Shown in pieces: positions 1 through 13,400 of a stretch of 64,000 nt of DNA (the stretch's first letter is position 1; each line of letters begins with the position of its first letter). The stretch is taken from NCBI GenBank assembly GCA_964057225.1, contig OZ059895.1, positions 14,198,001-14,262,000 of the forward strand, in the 5' to 3' direction. The stretch is from Auanema rhodensis. Its lineage: Eukaryota; Animalia; Nematoda. A program made the position numbers and the translations under genes. The notes under the pieces were generated by a model, which did not search any database, was not told the origin of the DNA, and saw only the letters and a program-made list of their open reading frames with translations.

Positions 1-2934
1 ATGCATCAGGTTTAAGAATATCATTAAGTACATCTATATCATTCTGAGCATATCCAAAGTTAAAATAGCAGAAAGTGATAATCTAAAAGAATTTTAAAAT
101 ATATATATTGATTTATTTAAAAATAATATTAATAATATTAAAATTATTAATAATTTATGTAATAATTACCAAAAATAATCGCATAATCCAAGATATATCG
201 TTTGTTTGAAGTAATCTGATTGACTAATAAGATCAAGAATATACTGAAGAATGTGAAATATAAAATATATTAAAGAAAAATGAATGAATGAATGAAGAAG
301 AAGAAGAAGAAGATGTATTTAAGTTTGAACATGAAGACAATGGCTATTTAAATACTTTTTTATTTCCATTTGTTTTAATTTTCTTAAGTTTAAGGTCGTA
401 TTAGCCTGCGGGCATATTACAACATAGGTGCGAAAACAAAAGACATCGAAACTAATGGTCGAACTTATGTAACTTCATTTCCGATTTCTTTTCTCGTTCT
501 AACATTTCCATCTCTTTTCAATTTCAAATACTGTTCCTTTTTAAAAATCATCAAAATTTAAAAAGAAGAAGAAGAAGAAATGAGATTAGAAGAAAAGAGA
601 ATAAAGAAAAAAAAAAGAAATAAAAGGTGAAATATTAAAAAATAAAAAGTCTTCTATATCAGCATAAGTTATAACTTTATTATAATTATATAAATAATTA
701 TATATTAAATATATTTAAAGCTTTCTGTTTAAAGATAATACTTTATGAACTTTTGTGATGTAAGACTATAATATTTCAGATACGATGAAACTTTATATAA
801 GGAGAAATGTTACAACAACAACATATATTGAAGAAACAATATGTATTCTCTTTATCAAATACACATGTAATATTTGAGATGAAACAAAAAAAAAAAAAAA
901 AAAGAAAAGAATAGAGAACGGAAACTTGTATTCGAGATTGAAAAACCGTTTTGTCGTTTACATCAGCATCAAAAGCTTTATATGGAAATTAAGGAAAATC
1001 GTATGATATATGACCTTGTTCTTTAAAAAAAAAACTTTTTTTCATACAATATCATATGTTATATAACTATATGTTTATTATGTTGTTTTCTAATAAGTTT
1101 TTTTTTGTACAAAACAAATCGAATAATACGAGGACGTGTCGATGTATCTTAGAATATATGTAGGTTCAGGTCAAAAATCATAGAATTTCGATTTTTCGCA
1201 TAAAAAAGTTCAAATTATGATCATTAAAAATAACTGTGACGTTATATCACGATACATATTTTAGAAGGCAGATAAGAGAAAAAACTTGTTAAAGAACAGC
1301 TAAGAAAGTTTCAAAAATCAAAAGTTTCGGAAGAAAGTTCAATAAGATTCTATAGGTCAAAAGGTGAAAAATGTATATTTTCATGGAATAATTGAAGTAA
1401 AAAGAAAGAAAACGAAGAAAAATATTATATAATTCAACGTTTTACGAAAGCATAGTATGTTTCTGAAACTTATGTTTCGAAGTAAAAGAGCAGCATGACA
1501 GGCGTGGAATGATTTTATATACCCTGAGGCATGTTCGAACGGTCAATTTCATTGTTCTATTGTGATGATGATGCAGGTGCAGTTAGACAGAATTCAACTT
1601 TTTTCCAAACGAATTCGAATTAGGCAGTTGTGTCCTAATAAACAACAAACATGACACAACAAGATAACAAAATAGAAAGGAAAACATCACATTAAATGAT
1701 TCTTGAACGGACAACTTCTTCAAAATATCATTCAGAAGATGATGTTTAGACGCTGGACAACAAACATTTTCCTTTTTTTTTGTTGTTGGTTTTCTTTCTA
1801 ATTTGAATATTTTAATTTAATAAAATATGTTTATTATAATCTATATACATATAGTTAACTCATATCATTTGATTAATTTCTTTTTTGCCCTACCATCAAC
1901 TCAGCACCACGCTTATTCTCGTCCAATATTGAACTTGAAAAGAAGCATTTTCTCGAGTGTGGGAATAATGCGCGAAAATCATAAAAGAGATAGATGACTC
2001 ATTATTAGTTTCTCAATTTTTTTTTCTCCCAATTCTGATATCTTTTATTAAATAAATAGACAAATATTTCTTATATTATATACTATAAACTATAATAATT
2101 TTATTAAAAATTATTAAAAATAAATAAATTATTAAATTAAATTATTAAAAATTAATTATTATTTATAAATAATTAAGTGAATAATTCAAATATACATAAT
2201 AAAATAAAATAAGTTCATGATGATGATGATGATGCTTCATAATCAGCAAACTCATCTTGAGTTAGAAGAAGAATAAAAAGAAAACAGTGAACTTGAACTA
2301 ACTAGATTTCAATGTTCGATGTGTGAACGTTTTCATCTGATATATGCTATAATCATATAAAATCTTTATTATAATTAATAAGTTAACGCAACAGGGGGTA
2401 CGAACAGATTAAAGGCGAGGTAGATGGAGTTGAAGTTGTTACAACTCAATCAAAATATGATTCATCTCTGAATTGCATTCCAAAATAAAAATAACTATAA
2501 CTATGTAATTATACGTATAGTTAAAGGACTGTGCGTATGATTATTCTAATTTTACGTGAAATCTTATTTTTCATTTTGATTCATCTATGTTAAAGTGATC
2601 GGTTGCATTCATTGAGCTATCAGCTTTTTCAAATTTTCAAAACTTTTTTCTTAAATATTTATTTAAAAATTAATATTTTTATGTTTATTTTTAATTATAT
2701 ATGTATAGTTATATTCGTATAGTTTAATGATTTAATAACTAAATGTTATCATGTTAATGTAATTTTCTAAAATATATGTATGTGTATGTATGTGTATGTA
2801 TGCCTGAGGGTTTATTACAAAACAATTGTCCAACTTGGCCAAACTATAAGATAAACCCGTTCTTTTTCTTCTAATATGATAGTTCTTCTACATATAAGCA
2901 AACTTTGCAAGAACCAATATGGAAATAGAAGTGA

Positions 2935-2966
2935 CAGAGAGACGAGAGAGAGAGAGAGAGAGAGAG
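2935..2966. repeat. (GA)n microsatellite
   Basis: Visible, slightly interrupted GA run. Confidence 0.9.
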
Positions 2967-3302
2967 GAATACGAGTGTAGTAGTAGTGCCATGTGTTTGG
3001 TTTGCATCAGTTAAAAGGGAGAGGGGATGGGCTAGGTGAAGCAAGTAAGGTTAGATGGTGTGTTTGGCGTAAAACTTGATTCTCGAATAGCCCCAGGGCT
3101 GTATTCGCAACAATACCGTTTCTTTCTTTCACAAAAAAAGTTCCTTGACGTTTCTGATGTGATAGATGGCTTTCATTCATTTTCTTTATTTATAATTTTA
3201 AAATATTATATTATAAAATATTTTTAAAGCATATTTAACTATTTATATTATATAATTTATAAGAAAAGCATAATAATTTAGGATTTAGTTCAGTATATTT
3301 CT

Positions 3303-5734
3303 TTATGAAACTGATGACATGATGGATGAATTCGTTAGTTCACTCTGTTGTTTTCGACAAATAAATCTTGTCAGCTTTTCCCACTGAAAATCGCAAAAGA
3401 TATTTTTTAGACAAGAAAATTGAATTGAGATGGATTACCCCGCTTCTGAGTACGGCTAATAGTTTGGCATCAGCTGCAGTGTTGATGATAGGATCAAGAA
3501 TCATTGCCAGTAACCTGCAATCGCAAGTAACTGCTTTGATGTAAAGATCAGGATACTTACCAAACTACAGCAGCTATACTAGCCAATATTTCAACTTGAA
3601 TGAATAAACGGCTATTTAGATAAGTTTTACAAGGTGTTTTCTCCCCTTCTCCTAAATGAATGTAAAGCATTATTCTCTTGAAATGAAGGAAATATTAGTA
3701 TATCATACCTAATGAACTTAATTGTCTAAGATTAGCTAAAGCAACAATACAAACAACAACAATAGGAACTGATCCAATTGCAAATGTAATCATATTCATG
3801 CTTAAACGATTCATCGCCCGTAAACTTGATGTTAATTGACTATATGACGATGAAACTGTACTCTAAAATATTAGAAAAATCATTGAAAATCATAAAAATC
3901 TTTCAAAAATTCTTATAATGCAACTAACATGTCTCTTAATTTTTGCTTTGTTATGACGACCACGTAAACGAAACCATAGAAAACCATAAATTATTTGTAC
4001 AGAACTATACCAAATCGCTAATGATATGACTAAAAACAGTTTTAATACCAAATAATTCGAGAAAAAAGAATTATTATACCAATTACAATAGATAATGGTC
4101 GTTGGCATTTCTCAAACGAACATGTTACCGGTGCACTATCCGGGTAAAAGAGTGTTGCACCCCATAGCCCAACACATACCTTAATAATGAATTTAAATTC
4201 TTTCAAAACAAAAAGATTTCTGAAGGTCATCAGAGTTAAAAAGCATTAACCAACATGGCTGGATTCTAGATATTAGATTGTCATCATTGACCTATCGAAC
4301 AATAAGATTTATGAATTCCATTTGAATGTTTTAACGTATATGATACGCGTGTTATGAATCAAATGTTTAAAAACAATTTCGATCAATAATTTTAAAAAGT
4401 CTTTAAACTTCTATCATTAATCATTCTAAATCATTCAAACAATTTACAATTCTATTACCTTCAATCAACAACGATATGTTGTATTTCAAAGCTGCTAAAC
4501 AGCAATCAAAAATATTTTTTTTTACTCACAGGCCTCAGAGTTAAAAAGCATAATCCAACATGGCTGGATTCTAGATGTAAAATGTTCATCACAAGCCTGT
4601 TGCATAAAGACAGTGTACAAGTGGAATGAAACATGCGCCGTATATCTTATGGGTTACGCGCTGATTGAATCAAAATGGTGAAAGAATGGCTAGTAGTAGT
4701 GGGCTTGTGAGAGATTCAGAATTCAAAAAAAAAGAAAGAAGAACTAACCGATGCTATCAAAGAGAATAACCATATAGCTAAAACACAATAATAACAATAA
4801 CGAAGAGTAAGCCTAGTTTTATAGATAATAGGATGTACTATAGCCGTATATAATAGACAAGAGAGGGCAATATAGGTACCTGAAATTAAGAAGAAAAATA
4901 TCTTTTTTTTCAAGTAAAATCTGAAATAAAAAGTTAAATCAGTTAAGCATTACCGGCAATGGAGAGAAATGAGAGACATCCAACAAGCATAAAGATCATA
5001 GCTGTCATATATTGAAATCCACCAGCTTTCCATACAATAATCACGATATACAAAAGAAGCAAAGCCATAATAGCACTCATGGAACGACTAATAAGAAAGC
5101 AATATCGTTTACGATAACTAGAAAAATATGAAAATTTATATGAAAAAATAGAAAAAATAGATTATTACCCTGATGATTCATTACGATATACTTTAATTTG
5201 AATACATAAATATATAATATTTAAAATAAAAGCAAATACAGAGAATACGATGGGTAGAATTGCCAAAAAATATGTTCGGAAATCTTTGGCACGATGTAAT
5301 TCCTTAAATAAATCATAAATGAATCTTGTATATAGGCTTTAGCTCTTCAAAACTCAACAATGCTTCGGTATGTCAATCCAAATTGTTTTTAAGGTTTAGT
5401 TTGAAGATTTGAAGCATACTTTACTCTTTCAAAAGCTCAAAAAAAACTGTGGAAAAGACAAACCTTTAGCAAATAACATGGATCAGTTGAATCTGTGATA
5501 TTATCAATACAGATCAGATATTTATTGTCGCCATCACGAAAGTATTGTGGACATGCTTGAAATTGTCCTTCAGGCTCGCTAGTAAGAACTCGAGCATTAT
5601 CCGTAAATATTAGAAAATGAGATAGAGGTGTCAATTCTAAGCTAAAAAAAAATAATTAAAAGTAGATTCTATAACGATAAAGAGTTTAAAGGTAAAACAA
5701 CTAACGTGGTCCCATCATGGAGCGAAGATTGCAT
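3303..5734 (-). CDS. Multi-exon 7TM GPCR, AEX-2/AEXR-like neuropeptide receptor family
   Basis: Exons splice in frame: ...DPCYLLK|ELHRAKDFRTYFLAILPIVFSVFAFILNIIY...|YRKRYCFLISRSMS...|GTYIALSCLLYTAIVHPIIYK...|VCVGLWGATLFYP...|SLRAMNRLSMNMITFAIGSVPIVVVCIVA...|LLAMILDPIIN...|WEKLTRFICRK...SSVS* (stop 3303-3305). Start is 5734 or 5718. Family call is from recalled similarity. Confidence 0.8.
4224..4293 (-). ncRNA. Box C/D snoRNA, U36/snR47-type guide for 18S rRNA 2'-O-methylation (copy A)
   Basis: Minus strand: AGGTCA-ATGATGA(C box)...GCTTTTTAACT-CTGA(D box)-TGACCT. Perfect 6-bp terminal stem. The D guide is complementary to conserved 18S (A/G)GTTAAAAAGC, and the +5 rule points to the first A (human Am668/yeast Am619 site). 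Intronic and sense to the GPCR. Confidence 0.88.
4528..4600 (-). ncRNA. Box C/D snoRNA, U36/snR47-type (copy B)
   Basis: Minus strand: ACAGGCTT-GTGATGA...GCTTTTTAACT-CTGA-GGCCTGT. Its terminal stem differs in sequence from copy A but still pairs. Same guide, plus internal hairpin ATCCAGC-CAT-GTTGGAT. Confidence 0.88.
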
Positions 5735-7674
5735 TACTTGTTGCCATCAAGCAACTTGTAACTTGCTGAAACTATTGCTAATTAAAACAAAAACCTTTTT
5801 TAAAAAAAAGGAAAAAGAAGTTGAAATAAAAATAAAATAAAACGATCTATGATGTTATAATCTGTATATTATTGATGTAAAATTGAAACTATTGAAAACG
5901 TTTTTAATACAACTATTTTTTGGGGAAAATAAAGAAAGGGAACAGATAATATTTGATAATCAAATATCAATCTTTCTTTCTATCTATCTATCTATCTATA
6001 TACATATATATATAAAGAATCATTAAATGAGTCATATAGATAGTGTTCTTAAGACTTTATTTGCAGATTAACTGATACAGATATATGCTCAAAAAGCAGA
6101 GTTGTAAGAGCAAAAAGAAGCTAGAGATATTCATTTTTGAAGAATTAAATGATAGTTCTGATATTTGGCGAAGATAGCCATGTATTCAGTAGTATATTTC
6201 GAAGTTTTTTACAGCTTTATCACTAGCAACTGATAACAATTCCAATTAAAAATGATAAAATTGATTAATGAGATCACAAATCTGTTTACTTCTCAGAGTA
6301 GAGGGAATGCCCGAATTGTCACAAATTAGGAGAAAAGTGAAGAGAAGTGTGAGATTTCACAGAAAACAGATAGAGAAATGTCGGTGAACTGTTGAGCATA
6401 GCATGCCAACAGAGTCATCATACAGATGGATGGAAGGCATTTCAACGACGTTCAAAGTCAATATTGAGGAACAACAATCTCTTCTACCCTTTCTAGCCTA
6501 GAGCACCTATCACATTTACGAATAAATATATTGAAGATATAAAAAAAACTTGAAATATTGAAAAAAAAGAGAAAAAATAACAATTTGGGATATCATTTAA
6601 ACAATAAATATTAATGTTATATACATATAACCATTGATTTATAACTGTATTTCATTTATTTTATTTGTGTCAAATGAATTGAAAAATAAAGTTTTATATT
6701 TGAAAAAAGATACATATTTATATACTATATCATATATAGTTTATATACAATGTACTTATAGATTATAACAAAACTAGAAGCAAAAATGAATTAAATGTTC
6801 CAGTTTTACTACGTTATCCGACGATTTAAATAGGAAAAATATATTGTTGTTATTTGTTGTTAAGTTTACTGAAAATAGTAAAAGTTGTTATTAACTAAAA
6901 CAAATATAATAAATATATTTAAACTTTATATTTGAAATCTAATTTCAACAAAAAAAAATTTATTTCATTTTATAAAATTATAATAATAAATTTGAATTTA
7001 TGGTTTATGTAAGTATAGATGTTAGTTGCGAAGTTTATACACTTTTAATTCATTGAAATTTCATAAAAAACGAAAGGTCGAACTATCAACCTTGTTTGCC
7101 AGTTCGGCAAATCTTTTATTTGTTCTGTTAACAGCTTCAGGAGATGCAGTCTCCATGACGTCATGTTCAGAACTTCCTAAGAGGACAAACTCTATGTGAT
7201 CTTTAACAAAGACAATCAAAATTCTGTCCAAAAACACACAAAGAAGACATATGTATATCTATATGTATATATATAATTATTATTTTAATTAATATAAATT
7301 ATCAATTGAACTCATATAATGTTTCTTATTTCTTAATATTATATGAATAATGTTTATTTTAAAGATTAATCAATCACTAAACTGTATTCTAATATGAAAT
7401 TATTATCTTAAACGAATGAAAAAATAATAATTTCTCCTTAAATTTGAAAGATTATCTTGCTTCCCACACACATGAATGACATAAGATGCTTATGTGAATG
7501 TATATTTTTTTTTTTGAAAATCTAATCAATTGTTTGATGGGTTGTATTCAAACTGATATTATGTCTCATAGTTTATCAAATAATTGTAAGATTCTGTGAT
7601 AAAAGAAATGTTTTTCTCTTTTGATATAAACAAACAAATAATTTCTGTCTTTAAACTATTTATTAACTATATGC

Positions 7675-7735
7675 TTCGTCTTCTTCTTCTTCTTCTTCTT
7701 CTTCGTCATCTTCGTCGTCTTCTTCTTATTCTTCT
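7675..7735. repeat. (TTC/GTC)n trinucleotide repeat just 3' of the ttr stop
   Basis: Visible repeat. Confidence 0.85.
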
Positions 7736-7738
7736 AAT

Positions 7739-8354
7739 TTAGTTTACACAATCGCGTGATTCTCCTGGGAATACTCCGGCGAGTTGAATAGTTCCTGCAT
7801 CGAAAATATTCTTAGGAACCTAAAAACGAATATGTTTACTGTTAATGACCTAGTACAAGCTTTAAAATGTAATTCGTGGACACACATAAACCAGTTAGCG
7901 AGCTCGATCGCTTGTACTTACCTTTCCACGGCTGATGTATCTGTCTGGGAGCTTGATGGTGAACTTGCGCTGGCATGGCTAAACTCGTTTCATGAATTGA
8001 GCTCGTGGAATTGGTATAGCAAACCTTAATTCCATCTTGGCAATCATGGTAGATATTAAGCTTGGGATCGATGTCAGTAACCTCATCAGTGTGTCCGCTA
8101 AGCTGGAATCTGCCTTGAGCGTCAGTTTTTCCGGATGCCATCAAGTCATCAGCATCAATTCCTTCAATTCTTGCGGATTAAACGAGATATTCGATGTGTT
8201 TCTTGCCTCTGTCATCATCATACAGCTTGACCTTAACACCGGCAGCTGGCTTGCCATCGCACATAAGGACACCACGAACACCGGAAGACTGTGTGGTACC
8301 AAGTAAGGCAGCAGAAACGCCGATAAGAGCGCAGAGAACGAAAAGTTTGAGCAT
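7739..8354 (-). CDS. Secreted transthyretin-like protein (nematode TTR-52/DUF290 family), 4 exons
   Basis: Signal peptide MLKLFVLCALIGVSAA; motifs GVRGVLMCDGKPA, VKVKLYDDD, GRFQLSG, DPKLNIYHDC, PCQRKF, GESRDCVN*. TTTTCAG acceptor 3 nt before the ATG. Confidence 0.93.
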
Positions 8355-9279
8355 TATCTGAAAACGGAAGCTTAACCAGTTCAAAACAATGATTTGAACG
8401 ATAGCAATTGAAAAGGAAAATACTAGTAAACAGACAAACCATAAACTAATGTTTACAAATATAGAACAACTCTCTTAAGACGGATAGCTTCTGATAACAA
8501 AAAAAGGAAGCATTCTTCTAAATTTAACCTCTTCCTTGTCTGTTAGTCTTCTTCCTCTCTCTCTCTGCATCATCTGGTGCTATCTGGCATGTAAAACTCT
8601 ATCAGTTTTGCCATCTTTCATTCGTCTAAACTCTCGACTTTTTTTCTGATTCTTTTATGATCCCAAGAGGCAAATTTCTAGCATATTCCATTTTTCGGCA
8701 GTATTCGAATGGACAACTTTTGTTTTTGAAATTTCAGCAAAAGGCTAAATAATGTTAGTTTCGTATACAGATAGTAATAACTATATTTATAAGAACGATA
8801 TTTGAAGAAAACATTGAAGAAATTATAAAAACGTGTTCACGACAACGAAGATACTCGACTGAGCTGAATCTTCTAAAGCTTCAAAACACCATCATGTTAC
8901 AACAAGCTTTCCATTAAACACTGAAAGGCTTGAGCTGAAACGAAATTAAAAAAATTATTTTGTGTATTAGTCTTATCCACCAAGCAACTGTTTGATAGGC
9001 TTTGTGATAAATTGAAAATTTCAGGCATTTTCTTTGATTAATCAACATCATTCAATAGAATATTACTAAGTATTACAATTTTATAGTTAAGTTAGTATTG
9101 TTGGTTGAATATCTTTCAATGTTAGATGGTTATAACTATTCTAAACATTTCTTTTATTTCATTTGAAAATCTAAATTAAGAAGAATTTTATTTCGGAATT
9201 CTTACAAAACTAATAGATAACTCTGATGTCACATCTTTTGATACACGTCGTCTGATCTTATATTGCAGATCATTCAAGT

Positions 9280-9811
9280 TCAAGAAGTACGAATAATAAC
9301 TTGTAGGCGATTCTTGGCCGAAGTGCTCCCAGTACTTGTGGAGGGAGGTTCTACAACTTCTGGTCCAGTTGCCCTTCGCATTCCATCTGATGTCGTCATC
9401 ACCACTTTTTCTTGAATCATCGTCTCGGGACCTATGAAACAGAAGTTTATTATCATGACTTATATCTAAACAGGAAAAAACATTAAGTTTTTGCAACATT
9501 TTTTTCAGTTGAACATTTTGCAGAATGAATATTTGATCTGAAGTTCAAAAAAAAAAGGTTTGAACACTCAAATTCAAAAGAAGCATATTCTCAGATCTCG
9601 GACTAACCTTTATGCTGTATTACGGCTTCTTGAGGAACGATTTCGATGTTTTCTATGGATCGCCGAACTATAGAACCTTAAATAAATGAAATAATATAAA
9701 AGAAAAAAAGTTGAAAAATTCTAGTATCTATATCTCTCAACTCATTAGAAGTAATGAGAGGCTTGTAAAAGTAAACATACCACCTCTTTGAGAGAGATAT
9801 GTAGACGACAT
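9280..9811 (-). CDS. Predicted 83-aa orphan protein, 3 exons (9811-9781, 9676-9608, 9431-9280)
   Basis: GT-AG junctions, both phase 1, give MSSTYLSQRGGSIVRRSIENIEIVPQEAVIQHKGPETMIQEKVVMTTSDGMRRATGPEVVEPPSTSTGSTSAKNRLQVIIRTS*. Upstream TTCATTCAG acceptor and a GGCGGAGC motif at ~10310. Confidence 0.55.
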
Positions 9812-10497
9812 TTCCTATTCTTCGATTCAACTTTGAGATCTGAATGAAATGAAAGGTAAACAAAAGTCTTCCCATGAATAATTAAATTATTAAAAGAAAC
9901 AGCATTCTTTATAAGAATTAGAAAATATAAGAAATGGAACACTTCGGGTGTTAGAAGGCTTGTTCTGCACCTATCTGTGCCGAATGATTATGGTAGAAAT
10001 GGGAGAAGCATGATGAAAAGAAGTCGGACAAGTGACGTGAAAGGCTCGTTCAAACTCCTCCTTTCTGTATTCAACTCTCCGGCCCATATATATCATACGA
10101 AGCATAAGCTCCAGGGAATTCCAGGCTAACAGCTTCTGAGCTTGATGTAAAGATGAACTAGCTCAACAAGCTCTGGAAGTGAAATGAGACACAATGCACT
10201 ATCCAGAAACAGAAGAAATTTTTTTAAATCTCACAAATCTCAGTGACATCACCAGTTGTTCAAAGAAGCAAACTATTAACGGACATCTTTGTGCCAAATA
10301 GTTTACAAGCTCCGCCTTTCAAATGCCGTCACCGGTCAATCCTAACCGAGTTAATGTGGTCACTCACTTTGATCGGAGACTGAACACTCCCAAAAACAAC
10401 AGCTTGATATAAAATAAAGTTTATTCGTTATCAGATATATATCTACAAATGACAATGCAAAACAAAAAACTTCTACGACATTAGAAAAAAAAAGTTA

Positions 10498-13400
10498 TTA
10501 AGCGTTATATCTCAATGCTGATAATGCCCCTCCAATATTGATGAAACTATTGTACTTGTTCAAGTCCATTTCACCCGAAGTAGAATCACTGAAATAGTTT
10601 TAATTAGGAAATAAATGATTCTAAATTTAATACTCGATTTGATGGAAGACATTAAGGCCTCTCTTCGCACATTCTCCAGCTACCTTCAATGGAGCAGGTA
10701 CACTAATAGACATGTTCACGATGCCATGCATGAAGCACAAGCCATGAGTCATGGCTTCAAGTTGATCCATGGACATATTAGCTTCATCTACGATGACTGA
10801 ATACTTTGGGGTCTTGGCAGTACCCTAAGAAAAACCATATAACTATATATCATTAGGTTACCAAACCTGGAAAGCGGAATGAGAGTTCAAATAGAACTCA
10901 GATACCGATGGAGACACAATAGTAGTATCAACAACGGTTCCGGGAGGAACATTCTGATCAGCAGCTTTACGGGAATTCGGGATTTGCTTTCTGAACAAGC
11001 GTTCAGTATGGTCCTTACTGACAACCAGAATAGTAAATTTAGGTTGATAGTTTGCACTTAAGCTGGTGCAAGCGGCCTTAAGCTGTTTCATATAATCAGT
11101 ACATACCTGAAATTTAAAATAAGCTATTTTTGCAAATAAACGAAACATACCAATGCCCATTGCCCCTGACTGATACCATTAAGATACATAATAATGTGGT
11201 TAGGAGCATGATTAGAGTTAGCACTTCTGAATTTAGTAATTATGAATCTTGAAAGGTTATATAATTCTTGTCCGATCATCTAAAAAAAATGTTGAAAAAG
11301 ATAATAGAAACTTCAACAGACATCGCTCTCTCTTGGTTTGATGTAACGGTAATCTCCTAAGAAATATTGAGGATGCTTAGCATAGTTTGCACCCCATCCC
11401 AAAACAGATGGAGTTCTGTATCCCATGTTGCGAGCCTTTTCAGCACCAGATAAAGGAGCAGGATGGCTCATTTCAATACCGACATAGAACTTACGGGCAC
11501 TGGGTTCAAAACTGAACAAATTCCTAAAAGATAATAATACTAAAAGTTCTCAGAATAACGATCTTACTGGGTAGAAACTTCTGCTGGCAACAAAATCGAA
11601 TAATTAACTCCTCCCAATTTAAGATTAGTTTTGTTAACAACATTATCAAGTGTTTGATTTTGACCCTTCTCGAGTACTGCGAGTACTTTGCTCACACGTA
11701 CTTCTTGTGTAAGAACCTGGTGAGCACTAGCTCTGTACTTGATGAAGTCTGCAATAATAATAATATAAATGCCCTAAAATAGAACGACTACCATGTAAAG
11801 TAATACTATCCGAAGTAATAAAGAAGACGAGCTGTTTTTTCTGTACTTGAGCCTCTGATAAAATGGAATCAATGCATTCACGGCTTGGTCTTCTATCGGC
11901 GATAACTTGAGGCTTCGATACAGTCATGCCAAACTTCATCATTCGGTCAGCTAACTTTTGAATGTAGACTCTAGAAAAACAAAATGCATTGCAGTAAAGA
12001 ATAAAAGCAGATTACTGGTAATTTAAACGTTTCACATCTCTTTGATCTGCAAGTATGACAACAGTCCAATTAGTTAAAACAGCTGGACACTCGTACTTTA
12101 CATGATCACCAGACCACTTAGCCTGAATCACCTCTATTATTTAAAACAAATAGATTCATGTACATACGTTATCTGCAGATCTCACTTGTTTCTTCTCTCC
12201 AAAAACAATAGCAGGGGCTTGAAGTTGGCGCCCATTAATGTCTTGAGCTTCTTGGGCAACACTGATACCAACAGATTGAAGAACTTTACTATTACTATTA
12301 ATATTCAAGGCTTGTTTCATCTTGTCACACTGGAACTTTCTTTGCTCTGGGACTGTAGCACAAGCCTAACAAAAAACAATCTGGTTTTTTAAGTAAGATC
12401 ACTCTTCTTACTCTAATGGTAGAAGCCATTTGATTGGGAGTTTGCTGTGCGGTTGTAACTCGTTGACTCTTGGCCACATTTAAAACTTCTGACGGGAAGT
12501 AGCAATCCTTTCCTTTGATATGAGCAACAACGAGTGGAAGATCCGGGTACCTGATAAATAAAAATTATGAGAACAGTAATATTGCACCTACTTCAAAACC
12601 ATGTCGTACTTCTCACGGTAGTACTGCGCCACCGAAATACGTCCATTTGGACCTTCGAAGCTTAAAAAAAACATAATTCAATACAGCAGAAATAACTTAC
12701 AAAGTCTGGTTAGCGCTTCCAGCTAAGCCACAAACTGGGAAGGCATTCTTATTTCTCAGATGTGTAGGATACACAAAAACTCCTTTGATCAAATCACGAA
12801 TAGCCTTGTTGGTCGAGTTTACATCGCCTTTCAGTTCGTGTTTATACATCCCTATTTTCTCAGCTAACATCTGATCATCGCAGTGGAAAGCAGTCTTAAT
12901 TACTTCGACCCCTACAAATGCAGCGCATTTTTCATTGGGCAATCCATCTACGACCTTTACGGCCTTTTTGGCTCCGATGCCCATGTACTTTCCTTCAGCA
13001 CTAAGATCAGCCATCTCAGCTCTAAAAGTTAAACTATGAATAATAATGTATTTGAAAAAATACCTGAATCCGGCATCATTTTCGTCCATTAAATAATGTC
13101 CAGCATTACCATAGGTAACCCACTTGTAGGGATTCATCAAAGCTTCCTGCCCTAGGATTACATTAAGAGCCTCAAAAATAGTGAGATCTTGAGCTCCAGG
13201 ATTCGAATTCACAGCTTTGTTCAAATCATTGGTATTTGTCTAGAATCGAATTATAAGAACTATTCAGATTAGAGATGAAACTTACTTGGTATCCCTCTTG
13301 AACTTTCTTGATAGTAACTTGGAATCCAATGTGACCATCAAAAGGAACTTCACCAGCATAATCAGCGGGTAAATCAGTTTCAGAATCCTAAAAAGAAAAG

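Noticed and set aside
1-3300. Very AT-rich start of the window, with a possible terminal exon near 780-832
   Set aside because: Only a short unrecognisable peptide; no gene or element could be supported.
9188-9499. 103-aa ORF-track ORF as a gene
   Set aside because: Crosses an intron acceptor; another frame fits the splice phases.
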